From: an uncultured Chloroflexia bacterium
GTDB lineage: Bacteria > Chloroflexota > UBA6077 > JACCZL01
DNA: 64,000 nt
Assembly: GCA_963765765.1 (NCBI GenBank)
Contig: CAVXYC010000020.1
Span: 192,001-256,000, forward strand
Direction: 5' to 3'
A model generated the notes under the pieces. The model made no database searches and was not told where the DNA came from. It saw nothing but the letters and a program-made list of their open reading frames with translations. The position numbers and the translations under genes were made by a program. Below, one piece after another: positions 8,802 to 19,106 of this stretch (positions within the stretch are counted from its first letter, which is position 1; the number at the start of each line of letters is the position of its first letter).

Positions 8802-11027
8802 TTAGTCTTCATCCTCATCGATCCCGCTCGGCCGAACTTCACGTGATTTGCCATCGGCAGAGGCGGCAACGACACCGCGCTCTTCCAACAGATCCACGAG
8901 CCGCGCGGCACGGGGATACCCGATGCCGAGGCGCCGCTGCAGTAGCGAGATCGAGATCTTCTGGTACTGGGAGGCCACCTCGCAGGCGCGCTCGTACATA
9001 TCATCAGTTGAATCTTCGGCCTCCGGCTGACCGAGCGTCTGAAGCTCCTGCACTTCTTCCTGCGTAAAGCGTGGCATCCCCTGGGTGCGCCAGTGTTTCA
9101 CCAGAGACTGAATCTCATCATCTGAGACATACGCGCCCTGGACGCGGATCGGCTTGCCCTGATCCTGAGGCATAAAGAGCGCATCGCCGCGTCCGAGCAG
9201 CTTTTCCGCTCCGCCCATGTCCAGGATGACGCGAGAGTCCACCTGTGATGTGACAGCAAAGGCAACCCGCGTTGGGAAGTTGGCTTTAATTAACCCTGTC
9301 AAAACGTCCACGGACGGTCGCTGCGTCGCTACAACCAGATGAATACCGGTGGCGCGTGCAAGCTGTGCCAGTCGACAGAGGTTCTTTTCCACCTCATCGG
9401 GCGCGGTCATCATCATGTCTGCCAATTCGTCGATGACGACGACGAGATACGGCATCTTCTTTTGAGTCGGTTCATCCGCGATCTTGGAGTTATAGGTATC
9501 GATATTGCGCGAGGCATGCTGCACGAAGAGGGCGTAGCGCCGCTCCATCTCGCGAACCACCCACTTGAGCGCACCCACCACTCTGTCCATGTCCGTGACC
9601 ACAGGCATCCGAAGATGGGGTATCCCGTTGAAACCAACGAGCTCAACCATCTTCGGGTCGATCATCACGAAGTTCAGCTCGTCAGGCGACGACTGATAGA
9701 TCAGCGACGCGATGATGGAGTTGATACAGACACTCTTCCCCGCGCCCGTAGCACCAGCAATGAGCAAGTGAGGCATCTTGCCCAAGTCGCCCACAACGGG
9801 CTTGCCAGTAACGTCCTGACCCAGCGCAAGGCGCAGTCGGGATTTCTGATTCACGAACTGTGGCGCCTCGAAGATATCGCGAATGTTGACCGAGGCCACC
9901 GTGGCGTTCGGCGCCTCGATGCCAACCATACGCTTGCCAGGCACGGGTGCTTCCAGCCGAATAGGTGATGCTCCGATTCGCAACGCAAGGTCGTTCCCAC
10001 GAGCCAGGATCCGATTCACTGCCACGCCGGGAGCGGGCTCCAGGCCGAACTGTGTCACCGTCGGGCCCTGGTGAACCTCCACGACTTTAGCTTCGATATT
10101 GAAGCTCATCAGTGTCTCTTCAATGATCTTCGCGCGTTCACGAATCTCGATCTCCGAGAGGACGCCGCCCTTGGATGGCTGGAAGAGGCTGATGGGCGGA
10201 AGCTTCCAGACGCCGGGAGGCGGTGGCTCCGTCAGCTCGTCGAGCACCGGTTCCACAACTTCAGGGAGGGGCTCAGGCACGGGCACGGTCGCAGCTCGCA
10301 AGACCGCTTGCGGGATTCGCACTTTGTGCGCTTGCCGCGTGCCGTGGATCTCCATCTTTGGACGGTTCATCCGCTCGTACACTTTGACGTAGGCCCATCG
10401 GGATGCCGTCCAGGTGAGCCTGCAGATCCCGGCGAACGCCCTGAACATAAGCTCAGCGGCATAAGCTAGAAAGCGCGCGACATCGGCCGTCTGCTTGTCG
10501 AGAGCCATGATCGAGCCGAGAATGAGACTTCCCAGCAGAACGGCCGTTGCCCCCGCGAAGCCGAGCATTTCCGAAAGTCCAGCGCGCAGAGCATGACCAA
10601 ATTGACCGCCGCCCTCATGAGCCGCGGCGCGAACCGCCGGCTCCGCATCGCCCCATGGAAGCATGTGCGCCAGGCCGATGCACGCGAGCGAGGCGAGTGC
10701 CCCACCCACAATGCGACTTCGCGGAAACGGAGCTTTGGTCTGCACTCCGTACCAGACTCTCAGAGCCGCGATGAGAAGCATCCAACCTGGCGCAAGCGCC
10801 GCGCACCAGCCCAGATACTGAGTCATCCGAAAATGGAGGGGGGCCGTGACCGTACCGTCCGGGAAGACTAGCGACACTGCCGCCAGTAGCCCGAGAAGGA
10901 ACAGCAGCCCAACGACAACGTCCCGTGCGACGGCGGGCTTCCAGAGGCCCGCGGGAAGCTGAAAGAGCGGAGCGTGGGATGTGGAGCGGGATGAGCGACG
11001 GCTGGATCGTGCCGCGGTTGCTGCCAT
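8802..11027 (-). CDS. ftsK: DNA translocase FtsK/SpoIIIE
   Basis: N-terminal TMs; MPHLLIAGATGAGKS; IDPKMVEL; IDELAD; ATQRPSVDV; gamma domain LLQRRLGIGYPRAARL. Confidence 0.97.
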   Translation of the reverse strand: MAATAARSSRRSSRSTSHAPLFQLPAGLWKPAVARDVVVGLLFLLGLLAAVSLVFPDGTVTAPLHFRMTQYLGWCAALAPGWMLLIAALRVWYGVQTKAPFPRSRIVGGALASLACIGLAHMLPWGDAEPAVRAAAHEGGGQFGHALRAGLSEMLGFAGATAVLLGSLILGSIMALDKQTADVARFLAYAAELMFRAFAGICRLTWTASRWAYVKVYERMNRPKMEIHGTRQAHKVRIPQAVLRAATVPVPEPLPEVVEPVLDELTEPPPPGVWKLPPISLFQPSKGGVLSEIEIRERAKIIEETLMSFNIEAKVVEVHQGPTVTQFGLEPAPGVAVNRILARGNDLALRIGASPIRLEAPVPGKRMVGIEAPNATVASVNIRDIFEAPQFVNQKSRLRLALGQDVTGKPVVGDLGKMPHLLIAGATGAGKSVCINSIIASLIYQSSPDELNFVMIDPKMVELVGFNGIPHLRMPVVTDMDRVVGALKWVVREMERRYALFVQHASRNIDTYNSKIADEPTQKKMPYLVVVIDELADMMMTAPDEVEKNLCRLAQLARATGIHLVVATQRPSVDVLTGLIKANFPTRVAFAVTSQVDSRVILDMGGAEKLLGRGDALFMPQDQGKPIRVQGAYVSDDEIQSLVKHWRTQGMPRFTQEEVQELQTLGQPEAEDSTDDMYERACEVASQYQKISISLLQRRLGIGYPRAARLVDLLEERGVVAASADGKSREVRPSGIDEDED

Positions 11028-11656
11028 CAGGAAAACAGATCCAATTGCGTCGCCTGGGGATCAGGCGGAGGAGGCGGAGCCGATTTCTCACGCTCGGTGC
11101 GCCCTTTTTCCAGGAGACTCGCAATGAGTCGGAAGTCCTCATCGACCGTTTTGCGGAGACCCGGCATTCTCAAAATTGCCGCTGGATGATACGTGGGCAT
11201 AACCATCATGCCACCAACCTTTACTGCCTTACCGTGCATATCGCGCATGGCCTTTGGAGGGAAGAACCGCGCGGATGAATGACGACCAAGCGTCACCGCA
11301 ACGATCGGATTGATAATTGCGAGCTGCCGATCGAGATACGGTCGGCATGCCGCGACCTCCTCTGGTAACGGATCCCGGTTATTGGGCGGCCGACACTTCA
11401 GCACGTTGGCGATGAACACATCCGAGCGCTTCATGCCGATCCCGGCTAATAGCTCCTCCAGAAGGTGGCCGGCCTGGCCCACGAATGGCAGACCGCGCTC
11501 GTTCTCCCAATAACCGGGAGCTTCACCGATGAACATGACCTCGGCATTCGCGGGGCCATCGCCCGGGACGGCCAGCTTGCGCGTTTGCGCCAGAGAGCAC
11601 AGCGGGCAGACACGCACCTCGGCGTGTACCGCCTCAAGCTCAGGATTGGTGACCAA
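11027..11656 (-). CDS. Uracil-DNA glycosylase family 4 (Fe-S)
   Basis: CPLC, FIGEAPG, PFVGQAG, KCRPPNNRDP, TYHPAA. TTG start with GGAGG RBS (ATG at 11746 is the alternative). Confidence 0.92.
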   Translation of the reverse strand: MVTNPELEAVHAEVRVCPLCSLAQTRKLAVPGDGPANAEVMFIGEAPGYWENERGLPFVGQAGHLLEELLAGIGMKRSDVFIANVLKCRPPNNRDPLPEEVAACRPYLDRQLAIINPIVAVTLGRHSSARFFPPKAMRDMHGKAVKVGGMMVMPTYHPAAILRMPGLRKTVDEDFRLIASLLEKGRTEREKSAPPPPPDPQATQLDLFS

Positions 11657-11847
11657 CTGAATCCTCCGCCCCTCAGGCGATCCTAGCACCCGATTTCCGG
11701 AAGGGGCAATTGACCTCAAGGGGGTGCGTACGTATCCTTCCGGCATTGTTCCTTACTTGTAATGCACCGGGGACATTGGGCGCGGCTTAATCATGATGAA
11801 TGATTGGTCCACCGATCTTAGATTGAAGATCGGACTGCATTGGAGAT

Positions 11848-13038
11848 ATGTTGAGCGGCTTACTTGGCGGCGTTGAAGTTATCGATCTCACCCGGGCACT
11901 TGCCGGCCCGTACTGCACGGTCATGCTTGGCGATATGGGGGCCGAAGTCATCAAAGTAGAGCAGCCCGGAAGCGGCGATGAGTCGCGTGGCTGGGGGCCG
12001 CCCTTTGTAGAGGGTGAGAGCTCCTACTTTATGACGATCAACCGCAACAAACGGAGCATGACCCTCAATCTCAAGCACGAGGAAGGCCTAGAGATTTTGC
12101 GCAAACTGGTCCGCCGAGCGGACGTCCTGGTGGAGAACTTTCGTCCTGGAACGATGGACCGGTTGGGCCTCGGCTACGATGCTGCTCGCGACTTGAATCC
12201 TGGCCTCGTGTACTGTTCCATTTCTGGCTTCGGTCAGGACGGCCCCCGCGCGCATCTACCAGCTTACGATCAGATTCTTCAGGGCATGGGCGGCGTCATG
12301 AGCCTTACCGGCCCTGTGGAAGGTCCGCCCAGCAAGTTCGGCATTCCTATCGGTGACATTGGCGCGGGCATGTTTGCCGCTTTCGCCATCGCGTCCGCCC
12401 TATTCGAGCGCGAACGCGCGGGGCACGGATCGTACATCGATACGTCGATGCTCGGTGGCCAGGTTGCGCTACTCACGTTTCAGGCTGGACGCTACTTTGC
12501 CACGGGCACAGCGCCCGGACTCGGCGGGAATCGCCACCCGTCTATCGCCCCGTACGAGACCTTCATCACGTCCGACGGTTATGTCAACATTGCGTGTGGG
12601 ACGGAGCGCATGTGGCGTCAGTTTTGTGAGGCCATGGGCCTGGACGATCTTCTCCAGGACGAGCGATTTAGCAAGAACACGGATCGCGTTCAGAATCGAG
12701 AGCCGCTCAGCTCACGCATTGAAAATCTCACGCGCACGCTGACAACTCAGGAAATCGTAGATCGGCTCGAAGCCGTGGAAGTGCCCTGCGGGCCGATCTA
12801 CACGCTGGATGGCGTCTTCAACGATCCTCAAACAAAGCATCTCGGTCTGCGGCAACATTTCACGCATCCGAAAGCGGGAGAATTTGACACAACCGGATTC
12901 CCGTACCGCATCAAGGACAAGCCGCTCGACGTTCGGTATCCGCCTCCGTTACTCGGCGAGCAAACGGAGGACATCCTGCGAGGCCTGGGATACGAGTCCG
13001 GGACTATTTCGGAGCTGAAGGAACAAGGCGCGATTTAG
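11848..13038 (+). CDS. CaiB/BaiF family III CoA transferase
   Basis: DLTRALAGPYC..LGDMGAEVIKVE, NRNKRS, DVLVENFRPG, CSISGFGQDGP. Confidence 0.95.
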   Translation: MLSGLLGGVEVIDLTRALAGPYCTVMLGDMGAEVIKVEQPGSGDESRGWGPPFVEGESSYFMTINRNKRSMTLNLKHEEGLEILRKLVRRADVLVENFRPGTMDRLGLGYDAARDLNPGLVYCSISGFGQDGPRAHLPAYDQILQGMGGVMSLTGPVEGPPSKFGIPIGDIGAGMFAAFAIASALFERERAGHGSYIDTSMLGGQVALLTFQAGRYFATGTAPGLGGNRHPSIAPYETFITSDGYVNIACGTERMWRQFCEAMGLDDLLQDERFSKNTDRVQNREPLSSRIENLTRTLTTQEIVDRLEAVEVPCGPIYTLDGVFNDPQTKHLGLRQHFTHPKAGEFDTTGFPYRIKDKPLDVRYPPPLLGEQTEDILRGLGYESGTISELKEQGAI

Positions 13039-13045
13039 GTCGATC

Positions 13046-13102
13046 GCGTCCTCGGCTCCCTCACCCCACCCCTCTCCCAAAGGGCGAGGGAGCCGAGGAC
13101 GC
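13046..13102. repeat. REP-like palindrome of the CCCTCACCCC..CTCTCCC..GAGGG family
   Basis: 17-bp inverted repeat gcgtcctcggctccctc / gagggagccgaggacgc enclosing accccacccctctcccaaagggc. Confidence 0.7.
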
Positions 13103-13109
13103 CGAGTCA

Positions 13110-15155
13110 ATGGAGTCGATGCAGAAAATGCCCGACATTATCCGAACCGTCTGTGCGCACGATTGTCCCGACATGTGTTCCATTTTGGTGCAGGTGGAGG
13201 ATGGTCGCGTTACTCGCGTCCAAGGTGATGCGGATCAGCCTTTTACCGCCGGATTCGTCTGCGGCAAGGTGACGCGAGAGCCTGAGCTTGTTCATTCTCA
13301 CGCCCGACTTGCTCAACCTCTACGGCGGAGTGGCCCGAAAGGCGAAGCGGAATTCGCCTCAATTACGTGGGACGAGGCGCTGGATGAAATCGTTCATCGT
13401 TGGCAGAGCACCATCGACGAGTCCGGTCCCGAAGCGTTGCTCGGATACTGCTACAGCGCCCATCAAGGGCAGTTCAATCGGGGCTTGCCGCTGGCACTAT
13501 TCGATGCGCTTGGCGCCACCAGACTTATCGCCGGGACGGTATGCGACTCGTGCGCGGACGAGGCCTGGGCGTCCACCGTTGGACCTGTTGGCGGCGCGGA
13601 CCCGGAATCGTTAGATGCTTGCGATCTGATCATTTCCTGGGGCGCCGATCTGGTCACCACAAATGTGCACTTCTGGACAAAGGCTCGGACGGCGCGCCGA
13701 AACGGTGCCACACTGATCACAATTGATCCATATCGCAGTCGAACCGCCGCGCAGTCGGACTGGCACATCCAACCCAGGATAGGAAGCGACGCGGCGCTGG
13801 CGTTGGGGGTCATGCACATCTTGGATCGCGACGGGATGACGGACGCGCGGTTCATCGGGGAACGTACCGCTGGATTTGATCGACTTCGAACCGAGTTGCT
13901 GCCGCGGTACACACCCGAACTCGTCGAGCTCGACACGGGCGTGCCGCGACTCGATGTCGAGCGAATCGCTCATCTGTACGGCCATGCCCGCTTACCGTTC
14001 ATTCGAATTGGCCAGGGAATGTCGCGGTCGCTTCAAGGCGGGCAGGCAATTCGAGCCGTGTCACTGATTCCTGGTGTCACGGGAGCATATGGCAGACCCG
14101 GTGCTGGAGCACTGCTGAGCACCACCGCGGCATTCGACTTCGACTACAGTGCAATCCGAGCGCCCTCTGGAAGAGCCGCGCCTCGATCCGTGAATCACTC
14201 GCGCCTGGGTGAGGCACTGCTTGAGATGGGCTCGCCGCCTATTCGCGCGCTCTTTGTCGCCGGAAACAATCCAGCGGTCACCTGCCCCGATGCTGGAGCG
14301 GTCCGCCGGGGTCTCATGCGCGAGGATCTCTTTACCGTGGTCCACGATCCATTCCTATCCGACACAGCGCGCTACGCCGATATCGTGCTGCCCGCGACTA
14401 CCTACCTCGAGACGGACGATTTTTACCGGTCGTACGGAACCTATCGCATGCAGTACGGACCGGCCGCGATCGCTCCCGTCGGTCAAGCATGGTCAAATCG
14501 TCGCCTGGCGCAGGAGCTGGCTGGGCGCATGGGTATCACGGATGCGTTGTTCTCGATGAACACGGAAGAGCTGCTGACGATGCTGATACAGGAGTCCTCG
14601 GCTGGAGGGTCGTACGATGCTGAATGGTTGATGCGCGCCGGCTCGGTGAAGCTCGACGGTCACAATGAAGCCCAACGGTTCGGGACCAGTTCAGGCAAGC
14701 TGGAATTCTGGTCTTCGGACTCCAGCATGGCGGTGGACTGGCGGAAGCCCGCCTTGAAATCGACATCAGATAATGACTGGCCACTCCGATTGTTGACCGC
14801 GCCAGGTTACTTCCAGAGCCACGCGGCATTCGCGGGCAATGGAACCTTGCGTCAAAGAGAAGGCTCGCCCGTCTGCGTCCTACATCCCACGGAAGCAACC
14901 TCACGTGGTCTCAACAGCGGCGATCAGGTGGAGCTTTTCAACTCCCGTGGCGTCGTCACACTCCAGCTCAAGGTCAGTACTGATGCCCCAATCGGCGCAG
15001 CGCTAGTCCCGGGACAGCAACCGGAATATCGCCCAGGTGATGGCGTGATCAACATGCTGTGCTCCTCGGAGTACTCCGATATGGGCGACGGCGCGACGTA
15101 TCAGAGCACCTTCCTGGATGTCCGCGCATCGGCGCGGACCGAACCTCAGTCGTAA
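13110..15155 (+). CDS. Molybdopterin oxidoreductase (DMSO reductase superfamily, Fe-S containing)
   Basis: CAHDCPDMC..C Fe-S motif, SDTARYADIVLPAT, C-terminal molybdopterin dinucleotide-binding domain. Confidence 0.92.
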   Translation: MESMQKMPDIIRTVCAHDCPDMCSILVQVEDGRVTRVQGDADQPFTAGFVCGKVTREPELVHSHARLAQPLRRSGPKGEAEFASITWDEALDEIVHRWQSTIDESGPEALLGYCYSAHQGQFNRGLPLALFDALGATRLIAGTVCDSCADEAWASTVGPVGGADPESLDACDLIISWGADLVTTNVHFWTKARTARRNGATLITIDPYRSRTAAQSDWHIQPRIGSDAALALGVMHILDRDGMTDARFIGERTAGFDRLRTELLPRYTPELVELDTGVPRLDVERIAHLYGHARLPFIRIGQGMSRSLQGGQAIRAVSLIPGVTGAYGRPGAGALLSTTAAFDFDYSAIRAPSGRAAPRSVNHSRLGEALLEMGSPPIRALFVAGNNPAVTCPDAGAVRRGLMREDLFTVVHDPFLSDTARYADIVLPATTYLETDDFYRSYGTYRMQYGPAAIAPVGQAWSNRRLAQELAGRMGITDALFSMNTEELLTMLIQESSAGGSYDAEWLMRAGSVKLDGHNEAQRFGTSSGKLEFWSSDSSMAVDWRKPALKSTSDNDWPLRLLTAPGYFQSHAAFAGNGTLRQREGSPVCVLHPTEATSRGLNSGDQVELFNSRGVVTLQLKVSTDAPIGAALVPGQQPEYRPGDGVINMLCSSEYSDMGDGATYQSTFLDVRASARTEPQS

Positions 15156-15264
15156 TTGCAGATTCCGCTACCCGCCAACAGAGCCGCACCCCGTGAATGT
15201 GCGGTTCCGCCCGCGATCAGCTTCACATCGATTCGCTTTCACCAACCCGTTACCATCTGATCCA

Positions 15265-16554
15265 ATGCGCACCGAACAGGCTGACACCGCCACTGCCGAC
15301 CGATGGGAGGCGCGGCTCCCTTTTTATTACGGCTGGCTGGTGGTAGGCGGCTTGATCGTCATTGGGGCGGTCAACAGCAGTTTCTACTGGCTTCCCCCGC
15401 TCTTCGTGTTACCCATGCAGGAGGAGCTCGGCTGGTCGCGAACATCCATCTTTGCGGCGGTCACCATCCGGGGTCTCATCGGCGCTTTTGTAAGTCCCTT
15501 CTTTGGTCATATGCTGGACCGCCGCGGCGGGGCGATTCGCCTGTCCGCCGCGGCGGCGATTATCGGTGGCCTCTCGACCATGCCGATCGCGTTCGTCCAG
15601 TCCGAATGGCAGTTCATGCTGCTCTTCGGTGTGCTCGGCGGTCTGTCGCAGGTGGGTCAGTCGATTGCGATTCTTGGCGCGGTGCTGCCGCGCTGGTTCG
15701 TGCGCGGCCGTGGCAGTGCCATGGCTACGGCAACAATCGGAATGCCGCTGGGCGCATTTGGGACACCTCTTATTGCGGGCGCTTTGATCGCCTCCCTCGG
15801 GTGGCGAAATGCCTGGATCGCGATGGGACTTCTCATCTTGATCGTCGGGCTGCTGCCATCATTTCTCTTCCATCGTCAGCCCGAAGATGTCGGGCTCCTG
15901 CCAGATGGTGGCTCCAAGGGCTCGAGACACGGTCGGCCGGTAGCGACGCCCGACTTTCCGCGGAGCATCAAGGCCTCTGAGGCCGTCCGGAGTCGAACGT
16001 TCTGGCTTCTGGCGTTAGGCATCTCGGCCGGCACGCTGGCAACTGGAGCCATGCCTGCAACGCTGATCCCCATGTTCGTGGACCACGGCATGGCACTTCC
16101 GCTCGCGGTGCTCGGAGTGAGTCTTCACGGGATCACTTCGCTCGCCACGCGTCCACTCTGGGCGTGGTGCACGCACCGCTTTCATATCAGGCGAATCATT
16201 CTTGCTATTGCCGTATACGGAGCGCTGGCGGCTCCGGCGCCGTTCTTCCTGAGCGGCGATGCGCTCGTCCTCTACGCGGCGATCATCTCCATCAGCATCG
16301 GCGGGCTCACGACCACCAACGCACTAATTTGGCCCGCGTACTTCGGTCGGGCGCACCTAGGCTCCGTCACCGGGTTCGTCCGAACCATGCAGAGCACGAC
16401 TTCCGCGTTTGCGCCGCTCACGATTCCGTTCATCTACGAGCGAATCGGCGACTACGCCCCTGGCATCTGGCTCGTCTCGGCCGCCTGGACAACGCTGGCA
16501 CTCTGCATGCTCCTGGCGGGACGACCGCGAGAGAAGGCATTCGCACCAGACTGA
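15265..16554 (+). CDS. MFS transporter
   Basis: FYYGWLVV, MQEELGWSR, PRWFVRGRG; about 12 hydrophobic segments. Confidence 0.9.
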   Translation: MRTEQADTATADRWEARLPFYYGWLVVGGLIVIGAVNSSFYWLPPLFVLPMQEELGWSRTSIFAAVTIRGLIGAFVSPFFGHMLDRRGGAIRLSAAAAIIGGLSTMPIAFVQSEWQFMLLFGVLGGLSQVGQSIAILGAVLPRWFVRGRGSAMATATIGMPLGAFGTPLIAGALIASLGWRNAWIAMGLLILIVGLLPSFLFHRQPEDVGLLPDGGSKGSRHGRPVATPDFPRSIKASEAVRSRTFWLLALGISAGTLATGAMPATLIPMFVDHGMALPLAVLGVSLHGITSLATRPLWAWCTHRFHIRRIILAIAVYGALAAPAPFFLSGDALVLYAAIISISIGGLTTTNALIWPAYFGRAHLGSVTGFVRTMQSTTSAFAPLTIPFIYERIGDYAPGIWLVSAAWTTLALCMLLAGRPREKAFAPD

Positions 16555-16659
16555 CCTTTGGTCCGCGGCGGTCTTCGCCGCTTTTGAGCCGGCTGAAGGC
16601 CTACTGCGGAGGCGCTCCGCGCTGGTCAAAAGCGGCAAAGACCGCCGCAGTCCAAAGGT
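16554..16659. repeat. REPIN-like inverted repeat
   Basis: acctttggtccgcggcggtcttcgccgcttttga / tcaaaagcggcaaagaccgccgcagtccaaaggt. Confidence 0.8.
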
Positions 16660-16725
16660 AGGCTCGAGCATTTCGCCTGAATGTCCGTACGCCATTTATG
16701 ATGAAACCATAGGAATTCCCGTGCA

Positions 16726-17856
16726 ATGAATCACGTCAGAACGGAGATACACAAAGAACCATCGAATCTCAAGGAGATTCGCGAACGCTACTGCCGCGAA
16801 CAGTCCAGCGCCGAGGCGATTCGAGCGTTGGCTGACCGGGAGCCGAATCAACGGCACGCACGGCGACTGCGCCGGATCGCAGATTTGGAGCAGCAGCAAG
16901 CTGACCACTGGCTGGAGAAGCTACCCGAGAAGCACCGGGAGCCACGACCGGATGTCTGCGTCCCTGACCGCATTCTGATGACCGCCGGACAGGTAGCTGG
17001 GAATCGGTCAGTCATTCCTGCTATCGCCGCATCGGCCGCGCGTCAGCTCGCGGAGTACGAACGCAGCGGAGTGGACGAGCAAATCCTGGCGCTCGAGCGT
17101 GCGGTGGCCCTCGAAGCCGCGGAGCTCGCGGGAGAGCTCAACGGCCCGATCGACGTCGCTCGTGACCATCGGCGTCAAACCGCCGCCAACGGAAGTCTAC
17201 GAGCCGCTGTATTCGGTGTGAATGACGGACTGGTATCAAACCTGAGCTTGGTGATGGGCGTCGCCGGCGCCGCACCCGGGGCTAATGTCATCTTGCTCGC
17301 GGGCTTTGCCGGCCTACTGGCCGGCGCCTTCTCCATGGCAGCCGGTGAGTACATCTCGATGCTCTCGCAACGTGAGCTTCTCGAGCGCCAACTGGAGATC
17401 GAGCGGGAGCATATCCGACGCGCCCCCGACGAGGAGCGTCGGCTACTGGCGGACAGGTACACGGCCCGAGGGCTCACGGAAGCGCAAGCAGGGACCATCG
17501 CGGGACGAATTCTGGATGACCCAGACCAGGCGCTTGACGTGATCGCTCGGGAGCAGCTTGGCCTAGATCCAGAAGACCTGGGCTCCCCAATCTCGGCGGC
17601 TATCGCGTCATTCGCTTCCTTCGGCATCGGTGCAATCATTCCGATTCTCCCATTCATCACGCTGACCGGGATCAACGCCGCCATTGTCAGCGCCGTCATG
17701 TCCGTGACGGCCCTCTTCATGGTCGGCTGGGCAGTGGCGCACTTCACCGGCCGCTCCTGGATCGTTAGCGCGCTACGCATGGTCGGAATTGGGACTGCCG
17801 CTGCCGCGATCACATTCGCGATTGGGCGCGCTGTGGGCGTCAATTTAGGCGGTTAG
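16726..17856 (+). CDS. VIT1/CCC1 iron/manganese transporter with N-terminal ferritin/rubrerythrin-like domain
   Basis: LRAAVFGVNDGLVSN, AGAFSMAAGEYIS; N-terminal helical E..E..H region. Confidence 0.9.
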   Translation: MNHVRTEIHKEPSNLKEIRERYCREQSSAEAIRALADREPNQRHARRLRRIADLEQQQADHWLEKLPEKHREPRPDVCVPDRILMTAGQVAGNRSVIPAIAASAARQLAEYERSGVDEQILALERAVALEAAELAGELNGPIDVARDHRRQTAANGSLRAAVFGVNDGLVSNLSLVMGVAGAAPGANVILLAGFAGLLAGAFSMAAGEYISMLSQRELLERQLEIEREHIRRAPDEERRLLADRYTARGLTEAQAGTIAGRILDDPDQALDVIAREQLGLDPEDLGSPISAAIASFASFGIGAIIPILPFITLTGINAAIVSAVMSVTALFMVGWAVAHFTGRSWIVSALRMVGIGTAAAAITFAIGRAVGVNLGG

Positions 17857-17873
17857 GAAAGTAAAACGCGCCA

Positions 17874-17974
17874 CTCACCGCCAGCCGTAGAGGGCCTGTG
17901 TCCGCCGTCGAGTACTGATGTCGTTGTATTCTAGGACCGGCGGACACGGAGGCCCGTCACGCTCCGGCGGTGAG
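17874..17974. repeat. Degenerate GTAG-type REPIN between convergent genes
   Basis: ctcaccgcc..gtagagggcctgtgtccgcc / ggcggacacggaggccc..ggcggtgag. Confidence 0.65.
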
Positions 17975-17990
17975 GTCCTTATTCGCAGTA

Positions 17991-19106
17991 CTAGTGTCCG
18001 CCTGCCGGGACGTGCCGCGACATCTCGATCGCATTCCGTACAAGCGCGGCGTACCGATACACCACGTGGGCGAACTTGCCGTACGGGAACGTCAGGAAGA
18101 GCCCGGCCACGATCCCTAGATGCATCACCAGCAGGATTCCCATAGCTGCTGTATCCCGAAGTATCAAGAGGACGAGGCCGGAGACAGACGTCAGCAGCAG
18201 CATCCAGATGAAGGTTAGGTCCATCTCGAACATCTCGCCGACCACCGGATCGCGATCGCTCTTCCATTTCAGACCGAGCAGGCCGACGCAGCCGGCAACC
18301 AGCATCACGCCACCAACCGTTCCCAGGATCACAACCGGGTGCAGCACGGGATATGGCGCCGGGGAGTGCAGGAAATGATCGTAGATTGCAGCCAGCGTTG
18401 TAGATGCCAAATCGAGCAAAAAGCCGAAGACGACCAACTGGTGATAGACACGCCGACTCTTTGAGAAACGATCGTCAGGGTAATTGCACCCATACCCGCC
18501 ACCGGCCATATATCGAAGGCCGAGCGCATCCGTGCTTGCCTTGCTCAGCGCCGAGATACTGACCATCTGATTGAGCGATCCGTGCGTGTCCTTCCAGAAC
18601 TTTGAAGCTCCAATTAGGAACACCACGAAGCCATAGAGCAAGATGATGCTCGGCGGAATCACCATGACAATGTACGGCACCACTCGGTAAAACGAGCCCT
18701 CGCCAATGTGAGCGGTGCTCAGGACGCCAGCTCCCTGGAACATCACCACGTACGCTAGGAGCATGACGGTGGCGATCACCGTGACGAGCGCGACCCCGGG
18801 GCCATTTTTCCCGAATAACCGCGAAAACATGGCCGGCCAGGCGTACTCACGATACGTGTCCGCTCGAATCTGCGAAAACGTCTTCGGTACGTTGATCCCC
18901 CACTCGTGCGGTGGAGCAAATTGGCAAGCGTAGAAACACGCTCGACAATCGAAACAGAGATTGGCGAGGTGCAGTAGGTCGCCTTTGTCAAATTTGGTGC
19001 GTAGCTCCATAGCCGGGAAGACGGCGCAAAAGCCTTCGCAATAGCGACAGGCATTGCAGATCGTCATCTCCTGCTCGGCCTTCTTTAATAACTCAAGAGC
19101 GGGCAT
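17991..19106 (-). CDS. tcuB: Tricarballylate utilization Fe-S membrane protein TcuB
   Basis: ICNACRYCEGFCAVFPAME, LANLCFDCRACFYACQFAPPHE, PYGKFAH. Confidence 0.92.
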   Translation of the reverse strand: MPALELLKKAEQEMTICNACRYCEGFCAVFPAMELRTKFDKGDLLHLANLCFDCRACFYACQFAPPHEWGINVPKTFSQIRADTYREYAWPAMFSRLFGKNGPGVALVTVIATVMLLAYVVMFQGAGVLSTAHIGEGSFYRVVPYIVMVIPPSIILLYGFVVFLIGASKFWKDTHGSLNQMVSISALSKASTDALGLRYMAGGGYGCNYPDDRFSKSRRVYHQLVVFGFLLDLASTTLAAIYDHFLHSPAPYPVLHPVVILGTVGGVMLVAGCVGLLGLKWKSDRDPVVGEMFEMDLTFIWMLLLTSVSGLVLLILRDTAAMGILLVMHLGIVAGLFLTFPYGKFAHVVYRYAALVRNAIEMSRHVPAGGH

